Origin: an uncultured virus (IMG/VR IMGVR_UViG_2667527431_000001)
Taxonomy: Duplodnaviria > Heunggongvirae > Uroviricota > Caudoviricetes
DNA length: 22,992 bases
IMG/VR virus record: IMGVR_UViG_2667527431_000001
Reading direction: 5' to 3' (one strand)
Shown here: one piece after another, positions 8,257-16,891 of the stretch
How the letters are laid out: the number at the start of each line of letters is the position of its first letter
Numbering within the stretch: the stretch's first letter is position 1
The notes under the pieces: model-generated
Database searches by the model: none
Told to the model about the DNA's origin: nothing
The model's input: the letters and a program-made list of their open reading frames with translations, nothing else
Translations under genes and position numbers: made by a program

Positions 8257-9737
8257 GGTGTCTCCTTATCGGCGGCCGGTTCTGGCTGGTCGACGAGCGT
8301 TTTGTAGTTGAGGCCCAGATCACGGGCACGGGCCTGATCGGCAGCGTTTTCAGCGTCGACGGTTTCAGCGTCATAGCCCGAACGCAGGACCATTTCACTG
8401 CGGGAGTTGAAGCCCGCATTGACCTCCATCATTCGCGCCTGAATGTCCTGCACCGGCTGGATATAGGCCCAGCCCTGCGGTACCCAGCGGGTACGCAGGT
8501 ACTCGCGGCGGCGTTGCGCGTAATCGTCCAATTTCAGACGACCCGCCAACACCGCCATATCCATCCATGCGGCCCGCACCGGGCGGCACAACTGGTGGAC
8601 GTACACGCCGAACTGCAGTTGCTCCAGACGACGCCGGAATTCGTTGAGCACAACCCGCAGCGCCCGGTCGTTGACCTCGCGCATATCGCCGGTGAGGATT
8701 TCGTAAGGCGTGCCGGTACCGGCGGCAGCTGCCATCAGTTGCTGCCGCATAAAGTCCGGGTAGTTGTTGCCGGCGTCCGGTGGTTTGGAAAACTCCACTT
8801 CTTCGCCAGGTCCCAGTTCCTGCATAGTCCCGGGCTCCAGCGCGACCATCGGCGTGAAGCCGTCTCGGTCTTCGGTCAACAACTGCCCTGTGACCGGGTC
8901 GCGGGGTTGCTGTGAGGCTTCGGGGGGCGGTCGGCTGATAAACCCGGCAAACAGGTTGGCCACCTCCTGACGAAACAACACCGCGTCATCGTAGTTGTCC
9001 AAGCTGCGCAAGCGCTTGAGCACCGGCGCCAAACGCGGCACACCGCGCAACTGGCCAGGCTCGACGGGCTCAAAGATATGCAGCACCTGCTCGGCCGGAA
9101 CCCGCACCAACTGGTTGTAACCGGCGTTTAGCGACGACGCATCACGGGGATGCACCCGGTACATGTGATACGCCACGCGCTGGTGAGCCGGGTTGAATTC
9201 GATACCGGCGCGGATGCTGTTGCCGTTTTTGGCGGGCTCAAACTTGTCGTGTGGCACAAACTCGGGGGCCAGTACCTGGAGCTGAAGCGGTACCGCCAGA
9301 TCCTGGTCCAGGCTGCGTGGCCGTATACGCACAAAACACTCACCAGCGGTTTCCACGGTGCGAGCAATCAAGGCCTGCTGGCCGTAGAAATCGGTCAGTC
9401 CATCGGCGTCCGACTCGTCCACCCAGTCCTCCCATAACTCCTGCTGCGCTTTGCGCAGGGCATCGTCCTCAATCTTGGGTCGCGGAGTGATGCCGGTACC
9501 GATCAGGTTGCTGACGCGCTTGTCGATGACGTTGAAGGCGTAAGGGTCATTGCGCACTGCTGCCCGCGAACGGGCCCGCAGGTTGCGCAAGGCCGGGGTG
9601 TTGATGCTGTTGATACCAACATCAGGGGCGTCCCAACTGGCCGAACGCCTGCCCTCTCCGGCCCCTTCATAACTGGCTTTGATCCGCTCGGGCAGCAAGA
9701 AGCCGTTGCGGGTCAGGGTTGGATATTGGCGTGCCAT
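8253..9737 (-). CDS. Portal protein, lambda family
   Basis: LRARSR..RND, GIEF, RPGQ-like EPGQLRGVP and YEILTGD motifs; 494 aa. Confidence 0.95.
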   Translation of the reverse strand: MARQYPTLTRNGFLLPERIKASYEGAGEGRRSASWDAPDVGINSINTPALRNLRARSRAAVRNDPYAFNVIDKRVSNLIGTGITPRPKIEDDALRKAQQELWEDWVDESDADGLTDFYGQQALIARTVETAGECFVRIRPRSLDQDLAVPLQLQVLAPEFVPHDKFEPAKNGNSIRAGIEFNPAHQRVAYHMYRVHPRDASSLNAGYNQLVRVPAEQVLHIFEPVEPGQLRGVPRLAPVLKRLRSLDNYDDAVLFRQEVANLFAGFISRPPPEASQQPRDPVTGQLLTEDRDGFTPMVALEPGTMQELGPGEEVEFSKPPDAGNNYPDFMRQQLMAAAAGTGTPYEILTGDMREVNDRALRVVLNEFRRRLEQLQFGVYVHQLCRPVRAAWMDMAVLAGRLKLDDYAQRRREYLRTRWVPQGWAYIQPVQDIQARMMEVNAGFNSRSEMVLRSGYDAETVDAENAADQARARDLGLNYKTLVDQPEPAADKETP

Positions 9738-9943
9738 TAGAGTCCCTTGCCTCCATGGTAAAGCCTCACCACTTTTGAACGTGGCCCGGCGGACGCGACC
9801 AACGAAGTGCGGATCTGGTCACGCGCCTTGAGCAGCTCATCCACCGTGCGGTACTCCACGGTGCGATCGGCATAGCGCACGGTTTTCTCACCGCGAGCGA
9901 TGGCCGCCTCAACCGCGTCGAGGTGCTTTTGGGTAAAGGACAT
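9737..9943 (-). CDS. Head-to-tail joining protein (lambda gpW-like)
   Basis: 68 aa between terL and portal, with AIARGEKTVRYADRTVEYR. Confidence 0.88.
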   Translation of the reverse strand: MSFTQKHLDAVEAAIARGEKTVRYADRTVEYRTVDELLKARDQIRTSLVASAGPRSKVVRLYHGGKGL

Positions 9944-9945
9944 AA

Positions 9946-11958
9946 TCAGCGTCTCTTGAGATAGCCGCTGCTAGAGCTGCGACGTTGAGGGGGTCGTGCA
10001 ATTGGTTGGGTTTGAACTACGGGTACAGCAGGTTCTGGGGTTGGTGAATGCATCTCCGGCTCGGTAGCAATGACGGGCTGATCGACTGCCGATGCAGCTA
10101 CCGGGGCTTTTTCAACAAACAACTCAGCCTGAGCCAGCGCCTGGGCAACTCGGTCCCAGTCACGCTCCTTGTAGCGATCCAGCCCCAGGTAATGGGCCAT
10201 TGCCAGGCAATAAACCATCAAGTCCAACGCTTCGTTACGCTCGGACTTGCCCTTGATCCACTCAGTGACCGGTTTACCCTTCACATAACGTGTCATCCGG
10301 CGCTCAGCCACACACTGTGCAAAAAAGTCATCCGGCAAATCTTTCGCAAAGTGCAATGCACCAGGACCGCTTTCAAACGGGTAGCGGTTATAGATCCAGT
10401 CCTTGGCTGTATCAGTCCCGACGATCCAAAGCTCGGCGCCGTTTCGTTCGGTCTGGCCACGCCATGTCACATCGACCATCGAAGGCCGCTGGGCAATGGG
10501 TGGTTTGCCAGGCTTGCTCGCACCTTTGATTGCAAACACATTGCGCCACCGCCGCAGACGGCAGAACTGGTACACCTCATTTGTGTGGTGTCCCCCGGTG
10601 TCGATAGCCGTCGCCAGAATCGACAAGCCCACGCCGCAGGGATGCCAATAGCGCGACTTCAATTTTTCATCGAGCGCGGACCAGGTGCGGTCGTCTGAGG
10701 GATCACCCATGATGACTTGGTGATCGATGATCCAGCGCTCTAACCCCACGCCCCAACCCATCACCATGAATTCAAGCCGGTTGGCCTGCACATCGACCGA
10801 AGCCGTAAGCATCAATGCACCCTTCGGTACCGAACCAAGGACATAGTCTTCCTGCAAAGCACGGGCCTGAAGAACGCTCGCCTTGGTCTGCTCCTGAGTG
10901 CTGTCCCAGACCTTGGCTAACCGGGTGTTGAAGAACACCTGCATAGCCTCCAGATCACCACTGGCCTGTTTCACGATGGCCTCGTCATAGTCCTTCGCCA
11001 TCGATAACCAACTGGTCCACCCCAGGGGGGCGTACAGGGCATTGAGGTGGAACCCTACAGTTTCACCATCACCTTCCGCGTGGGAACGCCACTCGCCCTG
11101 GGCCAGCATTTCGCCTTTGTGGTGCTCTTCAATCAGCGCACCGCAATCAGGGCCGCTGCAGAGGTACTCAATACGGCTGTAATCCTCCGTATATTTGAGG
11201 TTCTCCCACTCAAGAATCTGCATGTGCCGGCAATGAGGGCATGGGACGTAGTAGTAACGCTGGTCGCTGATCGCAAATAGATCGGCAATGCGTGAAGCAC
11301 CTTTCAGCGTGGGCGAGCTTGAGAAGTAGAACTTGGCCTTCCTGCCAAACGTACTGCCCCGAATTTCGGCCAGTTTTACCGGATCACCTTCGTTGCCTAC
11401 GTCGACCTCCCAACGGTCAATCTCATCTCCATAAATAAACCGGGCGGCCAGCTCCGCAAGGTTGGCGGCGGAGCCTGCAGTAACTGCATACAGAGTGCCG
11501 CCCTCAAACTCCTTGGTGTCCTGAGTATTCTTGGCATCGCGCGACCTCGGCGCAGCCACTCTTTCGCGCAGCACGGGGGTGGCGTCGATGGTCTTGCTTA
11601 TCCGGGATGAAACCCGCGACGCGAGTTTGAGTGTGGGGAGTAGCGTCAGAATGTTCGACGGCGACATGTGGATCAGGGCACCAATCCAGTTCAGCGCTAT
11701 CTGGGTTTTCATCAACTGCGAAGCCACCATCGTAACCACGCGTTTGCAGGGGTGAGCCGGTGACAAACAGCGCATGGGCTCCCGGGCGTATGGAGTGCGG
11801 GCGGTTCGATATTGACCTGGCTCAGCAGCACCGACACTGCGAGGAATACGCATGTACTCGTCTGCCCATTCATCAACCCAGAGGTCTGGGTCTGGACGCA
11901 AGCCACGGTAATACGCCAAACGGTAAACCTCCGTTCCGTCAGCGTATGGAAAGTGCAT
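9946..11958 (-). CDS. Terminase large subunit (lambda gpA family)
   Basis: RTPYAREPM, Walker A variant ASQLMKT, Walker B YGDEID, SSPT, CPHC...C, VDVQ, IDTGG and RNEALD motifs. The ATG at 11958 avoids overlap with terS; the exact start is uncertain. Confidence 0.95.
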   Translation of the reverse strand: MHFPYADGTEVYRLAYYRGLRPDPDLWVDEWADEYMRIPRSVGAAEPGQYRTARTPYAREPMRCLSPAHPCKRVVTMVASQLMKTQIALNWIGALIHMSPSNILTLLPTLKLASRVSSRISKTIDATPVLRERVAAPRSRDAKNTQDTKEFEGGTLYAVTAGSAANLAELAARFIYGDEIDRWEVDVGNEGDPVKLAEIRGSTFGRKAKFYFSSSPTLKGASRIADLFAISDQRYYYVPCPHCRHMQILEWENLKYTEDYSRIEYLCSGPDCGALIEEHHKGEMLAQGEWRSHAEGDGETVGFHLNALYAPLGWTSWLSMAKDYDEAIVKQASGDLEAMQVFFNTRLAKVWDSTQEQTKASVLQARALQEDYVLGSVPKGALMLTASVDVQANRLEFMVMGWGVGLERWIIDHQVIMGDPSDDRTWSALDEKLKSRYWHPCGVGLSILATAIDTGGHHTNEVYQFCRLRRWRNVFAIKGASKPGKPPIAQRPSMVDVTWRGQTERNGAELWIVGTDTAKDWIYNRYPFESGPGALHFAKDLPDDFFAQCVAERRMTRYVKGKPVTEWIKGKSERNEALDLMVYCLAMAHYLGLDRYKERDWDRVAQALAQAELFVEKAPVAASAVDQPVIATEPEMHSPTPEPAVPVVQTQPIARPPQRRSSSSGYLKRR

Positions 11959-11962
11959 AAGA

Positions 11963-12523
11963 TCAGCTCTTGGTGAGTGCTCGGGAAAGATCACTGATGG
12001 ACATGCGTTCAGCGTCTTCAAGCGTTCTGCGAATAGAAGTAGTCAGGTGTTTTTCGATTTCCCAAGGATCGGTCAACGCAACCAATTCAGAGGCAATCTG
12101 CGGTGGCAGTCCGAGAAGAAGGTCCCGCAGCATGCGGCCTGCTTCAAAGGCCGCCTTATCAACCACACTCGCCTCCACTAGGGAGCCGTTTTCTTTTCGG
12201 ACCTGGGCTTCGATCTGTTCCGCCTGAGCGTGTTCACGACGTGCCCGGGAACGCTGGTAGTCAGGAATAGACGGAAGCGAGGCGTTAGCCGGAGGGTGAA
12301 TCGGCGCAGTAGCTGGAGCACTGGCCTGCTTGCCCTGAGCATGACGAGCGCTCACACCAGCCTTGCTGGGGTCACGAGTCATCGCCAGAAACTGCTCACT
12401 GGCGTCAACATCCACAAGACCTGCTTCATTCAAAACCAGACGATCATTTTGAATCAGCTTGCTGATGTGTTGTTTGGACCAACCCTTCAGTTCGCCGTAT
12501 TCCTTACGTGTCAAAAACGCCAT
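11963..12523 (-). CDS. Terminase small subunit
   Basis: N-terminal wHTH (LTRKEYGELKGWSKQHISKL), a YQRSRARRE coiled coil and a G.LV motif; first gene after cos. Confidence 0.88.
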   Translation of the reverse strand: MAFLTRKEYGELKGWSKQHISKLIQNDRLVLNEAGLVDVDASEQFLAMTRDPSKAGVSARHAQGKQASAPATAPIHPPANASLPSIPDYQRSRARREHAQAEQIEAQVRKENGSLVEASVVDKAAFEAGRMLRDLLLGLPPQIASELVALTDPWEIEKHLTTSIRRTLEDAERMSISDLSRALTKS

Positions 12524-12546
12524 GTGGTCGTCCCTTTTAATACCGA

Positions 12547-12578
12547 GTCAACTGGTCAACCAGTCAACTGTGGTCAAC
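12547..12578. repeat. Four GTCAAC direct repeats (candidate terminase-binding, cosB-like sites)
   Basis: GTCAAC at 12547, 12555, 12563 and 12573, between the cos-like site and terS. Confidence 0.6.
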
Positions 12579-12607
12579 TAACTTTGAAACCCAGCCACTA
12601 ACGATTT

Positions 12608-12653
12608 CCCGCGGGTTTCCTGCCCCGTACCCGTGGAAAATGCCCAGGGTCCC
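12608..12653 (-). other. Lambda-like cos site (cosQ-like plus cosN); predicted 12-nt cohesive end GGGCAGGAAACC at 12614-12625
   Basis: Minus strand GGGACCC-N13-CGGGTACG-GGGCAGGAAACC-CGCGGG aligns with lambda GGGTCCT...GGTTACG-GGGCGGCGACCT-CGCGGG (lambda sequence recalled). It lies just upstream of terS. Confidence 0.8.
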
Positions 12654-12676
12654 CGGCAGGATTTGAGAGACGAGAG

Positions 12677-13021
12677 TTATTCTGATTGGTCCGAACGGGG
12701 TGGAATTTCACAAACCCCGAGGCGTTTGGCGGCCCAGCGCTCGTAAAGGCCGATGGCGACGTCTGCCCCGGCCATCGCCGTGAGGCAACCCACCGCCGAT
12801 GACGCCCAGATCGACACGCCGTTGGCATGCAGCAGCATCATCGTGGACAGCCCGCAGCCGATACAGGCACCTGACCTCAAGGCCAGGCGCCGCACCAGTG
12901 ACCAACCCCGGGCGCCATCCTTGTCAGCTCGCCACATCTCACCCGACACCCCACCGATCAAGGACAGTGCAATCACCAGCCAGATCGGCATATCCGCTAA
13001 CGCTTGTTGCTCTGTTGTCAT
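12677..13021 (-). CDS. Phage holin family protein
   Basis: 114 aa, three hydrophobic segments and a charged C-terminus; first late gene. Resembles the holins of Pseudomonas tailocin loci. Confidence 0.85.
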   Translation of the reverse strand: MTTEQQALADMPIWLVIALSLIGGVSGEMWRADKDGARGWSLVRRLALRSGACIGCGLSTMMLLHANGVSIWASSAVGCLTAMAGADVAIGLYERWAAKRLGVCEIPPRSDQSE

Positions 13022-13038
13022 TGCCTGCCCCTAAACGC

Positions 13039-13065
13039 AAAAAACCCGGCGCAATGGCCGGGTTT
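13039..13065 (-). terminator. Late-leader terminator (tR'-like)
   Basis: Minus strand AAACCCGGC-CATTGC-GCCGGGTTT-TTT, between the late promoter and holin. Confidence 0.8.
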
Positions 13066-13116
13066 AGTGGTGGGTGTCGGCCGCTCTCTGCGGTCGCACC
13101 TATCGAAGATGACTAC

Positions 13117-13145
13117 TTTTTACAGGTGGAATTTACTGGCAGCAA
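13117..13145 (-). promoter_or_regulatory. Putative sigma70 late promoter (pR'-like)
   Basis: TTGCTG-N17-TAAAAA upstream of the terminator and holin. Confidence 0.6.
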
Positions 13146-13162
13146 GCAGGTTTTAATGCCAC

Positions 13163-13212
13163 CGGCGAATAAGTAGGCTAGGCAGCTGAACGCCCGGCGA
13201 ATGTCGGCGAAT
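13163..13212 (-). repeat. Three ATTCGCCG direct repeats upstream of the late promoter
   Basis: CGGCGAAT on the + strand at 13163, 13195 and 13205. Confidence 0.7.
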
Positions 13213-13250
13213 ACATCATCCCGGCTAGCGCTTTTGGGGGCTGTCTGCCC

Positions 13251-13528
13251 TGCCCCACTGCTCAGGATCAAGGTGGGACAAGGGAGAGAGCCTAAATCAA
13301 AGGCTGTGCCCTACTGTCCTACTTCTTTTACTTTTTCCTCGTATATAGAAAGATTATTAAGAACACGCATGCGCGTGAAACGCGCGTATTGCTGCCCGCT
13401 ACGCTCACATGTGCGAGGGGCAGTAACAGGCGGGACGGTGGGACAGCCCAGTAACGGCGCGGGCTGCGCTTGACCCACTGCTGTTGAAAGCAGCGGGACA
13501 AGGTGGGCCATAGATAATGGGTGGGCAA
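13251..13528. repeat. Symmetric array of TGTCCCAC/GTGGGACA-like octamers around an AT-rich core (candidate replication origin)
   Basis: About 10 degenerate copies (13251, 13273, 13307, 13315, 13430, 13438, 13471, 13493, 13503, 13521) flank an AT-rich stretch at about 13323-13362. Confidence 0.65.
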
Positions 13529-13543
13529 AGGGAGAGGCATCGA

Positions 13544-13903
13544 TCACGCAGCTTTTTTCCCAAGCAGCAGTTCAGCAATACACTCATGAGCTTCGTGCAG
13601 TCGCTCGTAGTAGGTTTTCCGGCAGCACCCGCAGTGAGTGATCTTCTGCGACAGGAAGCTGTCGTGGTTGCAGTAGTGCTCGCGCACCACCACCGACAAC
13701 TGCGGCGGAAGGTGTTTATTGACGATCAACTCAATGTCGGCCGACTCATCGAGCAGTACCCGACTGCCCCGCGTGCCGCGAATCAGCTCGCCCTTGGTTT
13801 CCATCAGCATGGCAATCATGTTGCCGCTGCCAGTGCTTTCGGGCGCTGCGCTGTGCAGATCCTCTGCCCACAGTTTGAGCATGGCGTCGATGTGCTTAAT
13901 CAA
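13544..13903 (-). CDS. PA0613-like protein, probable late-gene regulator/antiterminator (Q position)
   Basis: TTG start with GAGGAG RBS. LKLWAE...LIRGTRGSRVLLDESADIE...EHY...TYYERLHEAH resembles P. aeruginosa PA0613 (recalled), with a C-terminal HTH-like region. Confidence 0.8.
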   Translation of the reverse strand: MIKHIDAMLKLWAEDLHSAAPESTGSGNMIAMLMETKGELIRGTRGSRVLLDESADIELIVNKHLPPQLSVVVREHYCNHDSFLSQKITHCGCCRKTYYERLHEAHECIAELLLGKKAA

Positions 13904-16112
13904 AGCAAGGCTCCTCGATCTTCTGCACCTGCAGGGCTGAGTGGCCACCCCAGTTATCAGGCTTTTTGTACGCCCAGGGACGCTGCCCGCTTTTTGCCAG
14001 GGCTGGCAGGCGCACACGACGCCATCCAAGCCGGTGCATAATCGCGCCGACACGCATTTGCTCGGGCTTGCCCCAATGGCCGAAGTCGAGTTTGAGTGCG
14101 CTGGCCAGTACTTCGCTGCCGCTGGTGGTTTCACCGATCTGCGACTCTTCCAGCCAGGTCAAGATCGGACCTTCCCATTCATCCACCACAAAGCGCTCGT
14201 CCTGGGCTTCGGAGAACATCGCAGTTTCGTCGCGGTTAACCCACCAGATCTCATCGGCCTTGTAGCAAAACATCGCCTCAGCCCAGAGTTGGTCACGGAT
14301 CTCGCGCAGTTGCTCCAGATCGACCTTAGTGCAGGCCACCGGCCAATAACGGCGGTTGCCCGTGGCGTCTTTGAGGTATTCGTCCTGGTTGGTGGTACCC
14401 ACGAAAACACACTGGCGTGGCACGTCATTTGTTCTGCGTCCGTAGCTCTCGCGGTAGGTGTCTGTGGACGCTGAGAAGAACTGCTTGGCCTTGGTACTCT
14501 CGGCCTTGTTGAAGCTGTCCAGTTCGCCCAGTTCGATGATCCATTTGCCACGGATCGCCTGAAAGCCGTCCTTGTCGCCCAGGGCAAACGGCGTATCCAT
14601 AAACCAGTCGCCGCCGAGGATGCTCATGGCCGTGGACTTGCCTTCGCCCTGCCCGCCTTCAAGGATCATCACTGAGTCAGCCTTGCAGCCCGGCCGCATT
14701 ACCCGTGCGACCGCCGAGATCATCCAACGCTTACCGACCTTGGCGCTGTAACCGCTTTGGGTCACACCCATGACCGTGTTGAGCCAGGTGTCGAGACGCG
14801 GCACGCGGTCCCATTCCAACTTGTTCAGGTAGTTGCGCACCGGGTGAAAGGAATTGTCATGGGCCACAACGCTGACCGCCTCGATCACGCTGGAGGCTTT
14901 GACCCGCAGGTTGTACTGCTGGGCCAGCCACTTCATCACCCGGATATCGTCGATATCGCCCCAGTCCCCCGTGCCACCGCCATAGGGAGGTGTGCGCAAT
15001 TTGACGATCTTTGAGCTGAAGGCGCTGAAGGTGATCACACCGGCCCAGCGCTCATCGTTGCCCAGGATCAGTTCGACGTTTTGCATATGGGCGATCAATG
15101 AGCCGTTTTCAGTACGTGCCAGTTGGTCTTTCCAGCCACCTGCAGCCGGCGGCCTGACCACCGACAACACCTGGCGGCGGACAGCGTCCAACCCTTCGGC
15201 ACAATGCAGATCGTTGAAGTCGGTCCACTTGATCTCGCGCTCGCCCGAAAAGACCGGGCCAACCACCTGGCCGCCAACGATCAAGGCCGCGTTGCTGCCC
15301 TTGTCTTCGCCCGGGTTCCAAGGCTCGCCGTTGGCGCGTTTGGTCTTCCAGTCATCGTCGCGGCAGACGATCAGGGCGCGGCCCGGGAAACGCTCGCGCA
15401 TGGCCTTGGCCACCACGCTCAAATTACCCGCGTCAAACGCGATAGCCACCGTCAAAGAGGTGGCCATATGCAGGCTTGCGCCGGTGGCGTAGCCCTCACA
15501 TACAAGGACCGGTTCACCGGGCTCAGGATGTGGGCCAATCAGGTGGAAGGCGCCCTCCTTGGACATGCCATAGGGCCAATAGGACTTGTCGCGGCCAGTG
15601 TCCTGCTGCTTCTCCGGGTAGATAACCTGCAGCCCAACGATCTGATCCCGCACATTGCTCATCGGCACCAATACCGCCCCGGAGCGCGGGGCGTAACGCA
15701 CGCCCATGCCGACGATCTGTTTACGATCGAGGTAGGCGCTACGGCCCTTCTCCGGCATGCGCTTGAACAGGCCAGATGCACGATTGGCAGCACGCCGTGC
15801 GGCGTCCGCGGCAATCTCGGCAGCGCGGCGTTTACCTTCCTCTTGACGAGCGCGCATTACGTCGCGCTCTTCCTGGCTCATACGCCCGGCCTTGACCTTG
15901 ATCTTGTTGCTGTCGCCCGAACGCCAGTCACCGAAGCTGCCGAAAATCAGCGTCTCGTTTTTCTCGGTGCGATGTTCATGAATCACATACCAGCCGTTTT
16001 TCTCTTTGCCCTTGTCCTGCGTGGTCTTACAGCGGGTCAGCTTGCCGAACGTGAGTGGTTGCGCAGGCTCAAGGCCGTGGTCAGCAAATTGACCCAGAAC
16101 GTCATCGAGCAT
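13896..16112 (-). CDS. Toprim primase fused to VapE-type (virulence-associated E) helicase/ATPase
   Basis: Toprim motifs VCEGYATG and DDD; Walker A GGQGEGKST, Walker B IIELGEL, and VGTTN..YLKDATGNRRYWPV. Confidence 0.93.
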   Translation of the reverse strand: MLDDVLGQFADHGLEPAQPLTFGKLTRCKTTQDKGKEKNGWYVIHEHRTEKNETLIFGSFGDWRSGDSNKIKVKAGRMSQEERDVMRARQEEGKRRAAEIAADAARRAANRASGLFKRMPEKGRSAYLDRKQIVGMGVRYAPRSGAVLVPMSNVRDQIVGLQVIYPEKQQDTGRDKSYWPYGMSKEGAFHLIGPHPEPGEPVLVCEGYATGASLHMATSLTVAIAFDAGNLSVVAKAMRERFPGRALIVCRDDDWKTKRANGEPWNPGEDKGSNAALIVGGQVVGPVFSGEREIKWTDFNDLHCAEGLDAVRRQVLSVVRPPAAGGWKDQLARTENGSLIAHMQNVELILGNDERWAGVITFSAFSSKIVKLRTPPYGGGTGDWGDIDDIRVMKWLAQQYNLRVKASSVIEAVSVVAHDNSFHPVRNYLNKLEWDRVPRLDTWLNTVMGVTQSGYSAKVGKRWMISAVARVMRPGCKADSVMILEGGQGEGKSTAMSILGGDWFMDTPFALGDKDGFQAIRGKWIIELGELDSFNKAESTKAKQFFSASTDTYRESYGRRTNDVPRQCVFVGTTNQDEYLKDATGNRRYWPVACTKVDLEQLREIRDQLWAEAMFCYKADEIWWVNRDETAMFSEAQDERFVVDEWEGPILTWLEESQIGETTSGSEVLASALKLDFGHWGKPEQMRVGAIMHRLGWRRVRLPALAKSGQRPWAYKKPDNWGGHSALQVQKIEEPCFD

Positions 16113-16320
16113 AACGGGTACCTATTTGTTCATTCAGTTGTTGGCAGGCTGCACAGCGCGTGCAACTGGTGACGGCCAAACGGCGGGCCAAGGGAATTGA
16201 TGAATCGCAGTCCACACAAAACTCGTAAGACGCAAACACCGGCTGCGCTTTGCGCGCTGCCAGCGCTATGTCGATACGCTCCTGCACCAGGTCATTAGCA
16301 AAATCTGCGATATCAGCCAC
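16102..16320 (-). CDS. TraR/DksA C4 zinc-finger protein (PtrB-like)
   Basis: GTG start; DIADFA (DxxDxA) motif and CVDC...IPLARR...CAACQ. Confidence 0.9.
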   Translation of the reverse strand: MADIADFANDLVQERIDIALAARKAQPVFASYEFCVDCDSSIPLARRLAVTSCTRCAACQQLNEQIGTRYAR

Positions 16321-16831
16321 GGTCAGTACCCCGCGTAGTCGAGTTGACGTAGCAGGCGCGATTGAACATGCCCAGCAGCCCCTGAATACCGCGAAACACC
16401 TGCAAGCGGATCTCGGCCAGTTCGCGGTCATTGACCACACCGTCGCCGATGCTCTTGGCCCAGGTATCAGCCAAATCGGCTACCTGCCGGAAATACACGG
16501 CAAGGCCAGTGGTCAGCGTTTCGGGTATATCGTCGGTATAGGCTTCGGCCAGTTCCTGCCAGATCGTGTCGCCCACCAACGCATGCACCGCATCCAGGAT
16601 GCGGCGGTCTTTAGTCAGCTCCAGGATCTCGGCGAATTCTTGAACATTCACCGTGTGGCTTGGGTGGGTCGGAGACAGCTTGTGCTGCAGCGTGGTGGGA
16701 TTACGGCCGGTGGTGGCGGCGATGGCAGCAGCGCCACCCGGGTAGTCGCGGGCAGCGTGATACAGGGCCAGATCGAGCGGCAGAATTTCGCGGCGCGCTC
16801 GTTGGGTGCAACTAAGAGCAATACGGCTCAT
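16313..16831 (-). CDS. Phage regulatory CII-family protein (186/CP76-like)
   Basis: YPGGAAAIA...TLQHKLSP...H and DGVVNDRE motifs; downstream of cro. Confidence 0.85.
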   Translation of the reverse strand: MSRIALSCTQRARREILPLDLALYHAARDYPGGAAAIAATTGRNPTTLQHKLSPTHPSHTVNVQEFAEILELTKDRRILDAVHALVGDTIWQELAEAYTDDIPETLTTGLAVYFRQVADLADTWAKSIGDGVVNDRELAEIRLQVFRGIQGLLGMFNRACYVNSTTRGTDRG

Positions 16832-16891
16832 GGCATTAATCCTTGAATGTTGCCAGTGCCGCGCGGCGTGCTGTGGTGGTACATTTGCCGC

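Noticed and set aside
13201..13587. Overlapping short ORFs on both strands
   Set aside because: They lie over the octamer array, lack an RBS and have low-complexity translations.
15123..16172. 349-aa + strand ORF
   Set aside because: Antisense shadow of the primase-VapE gene.
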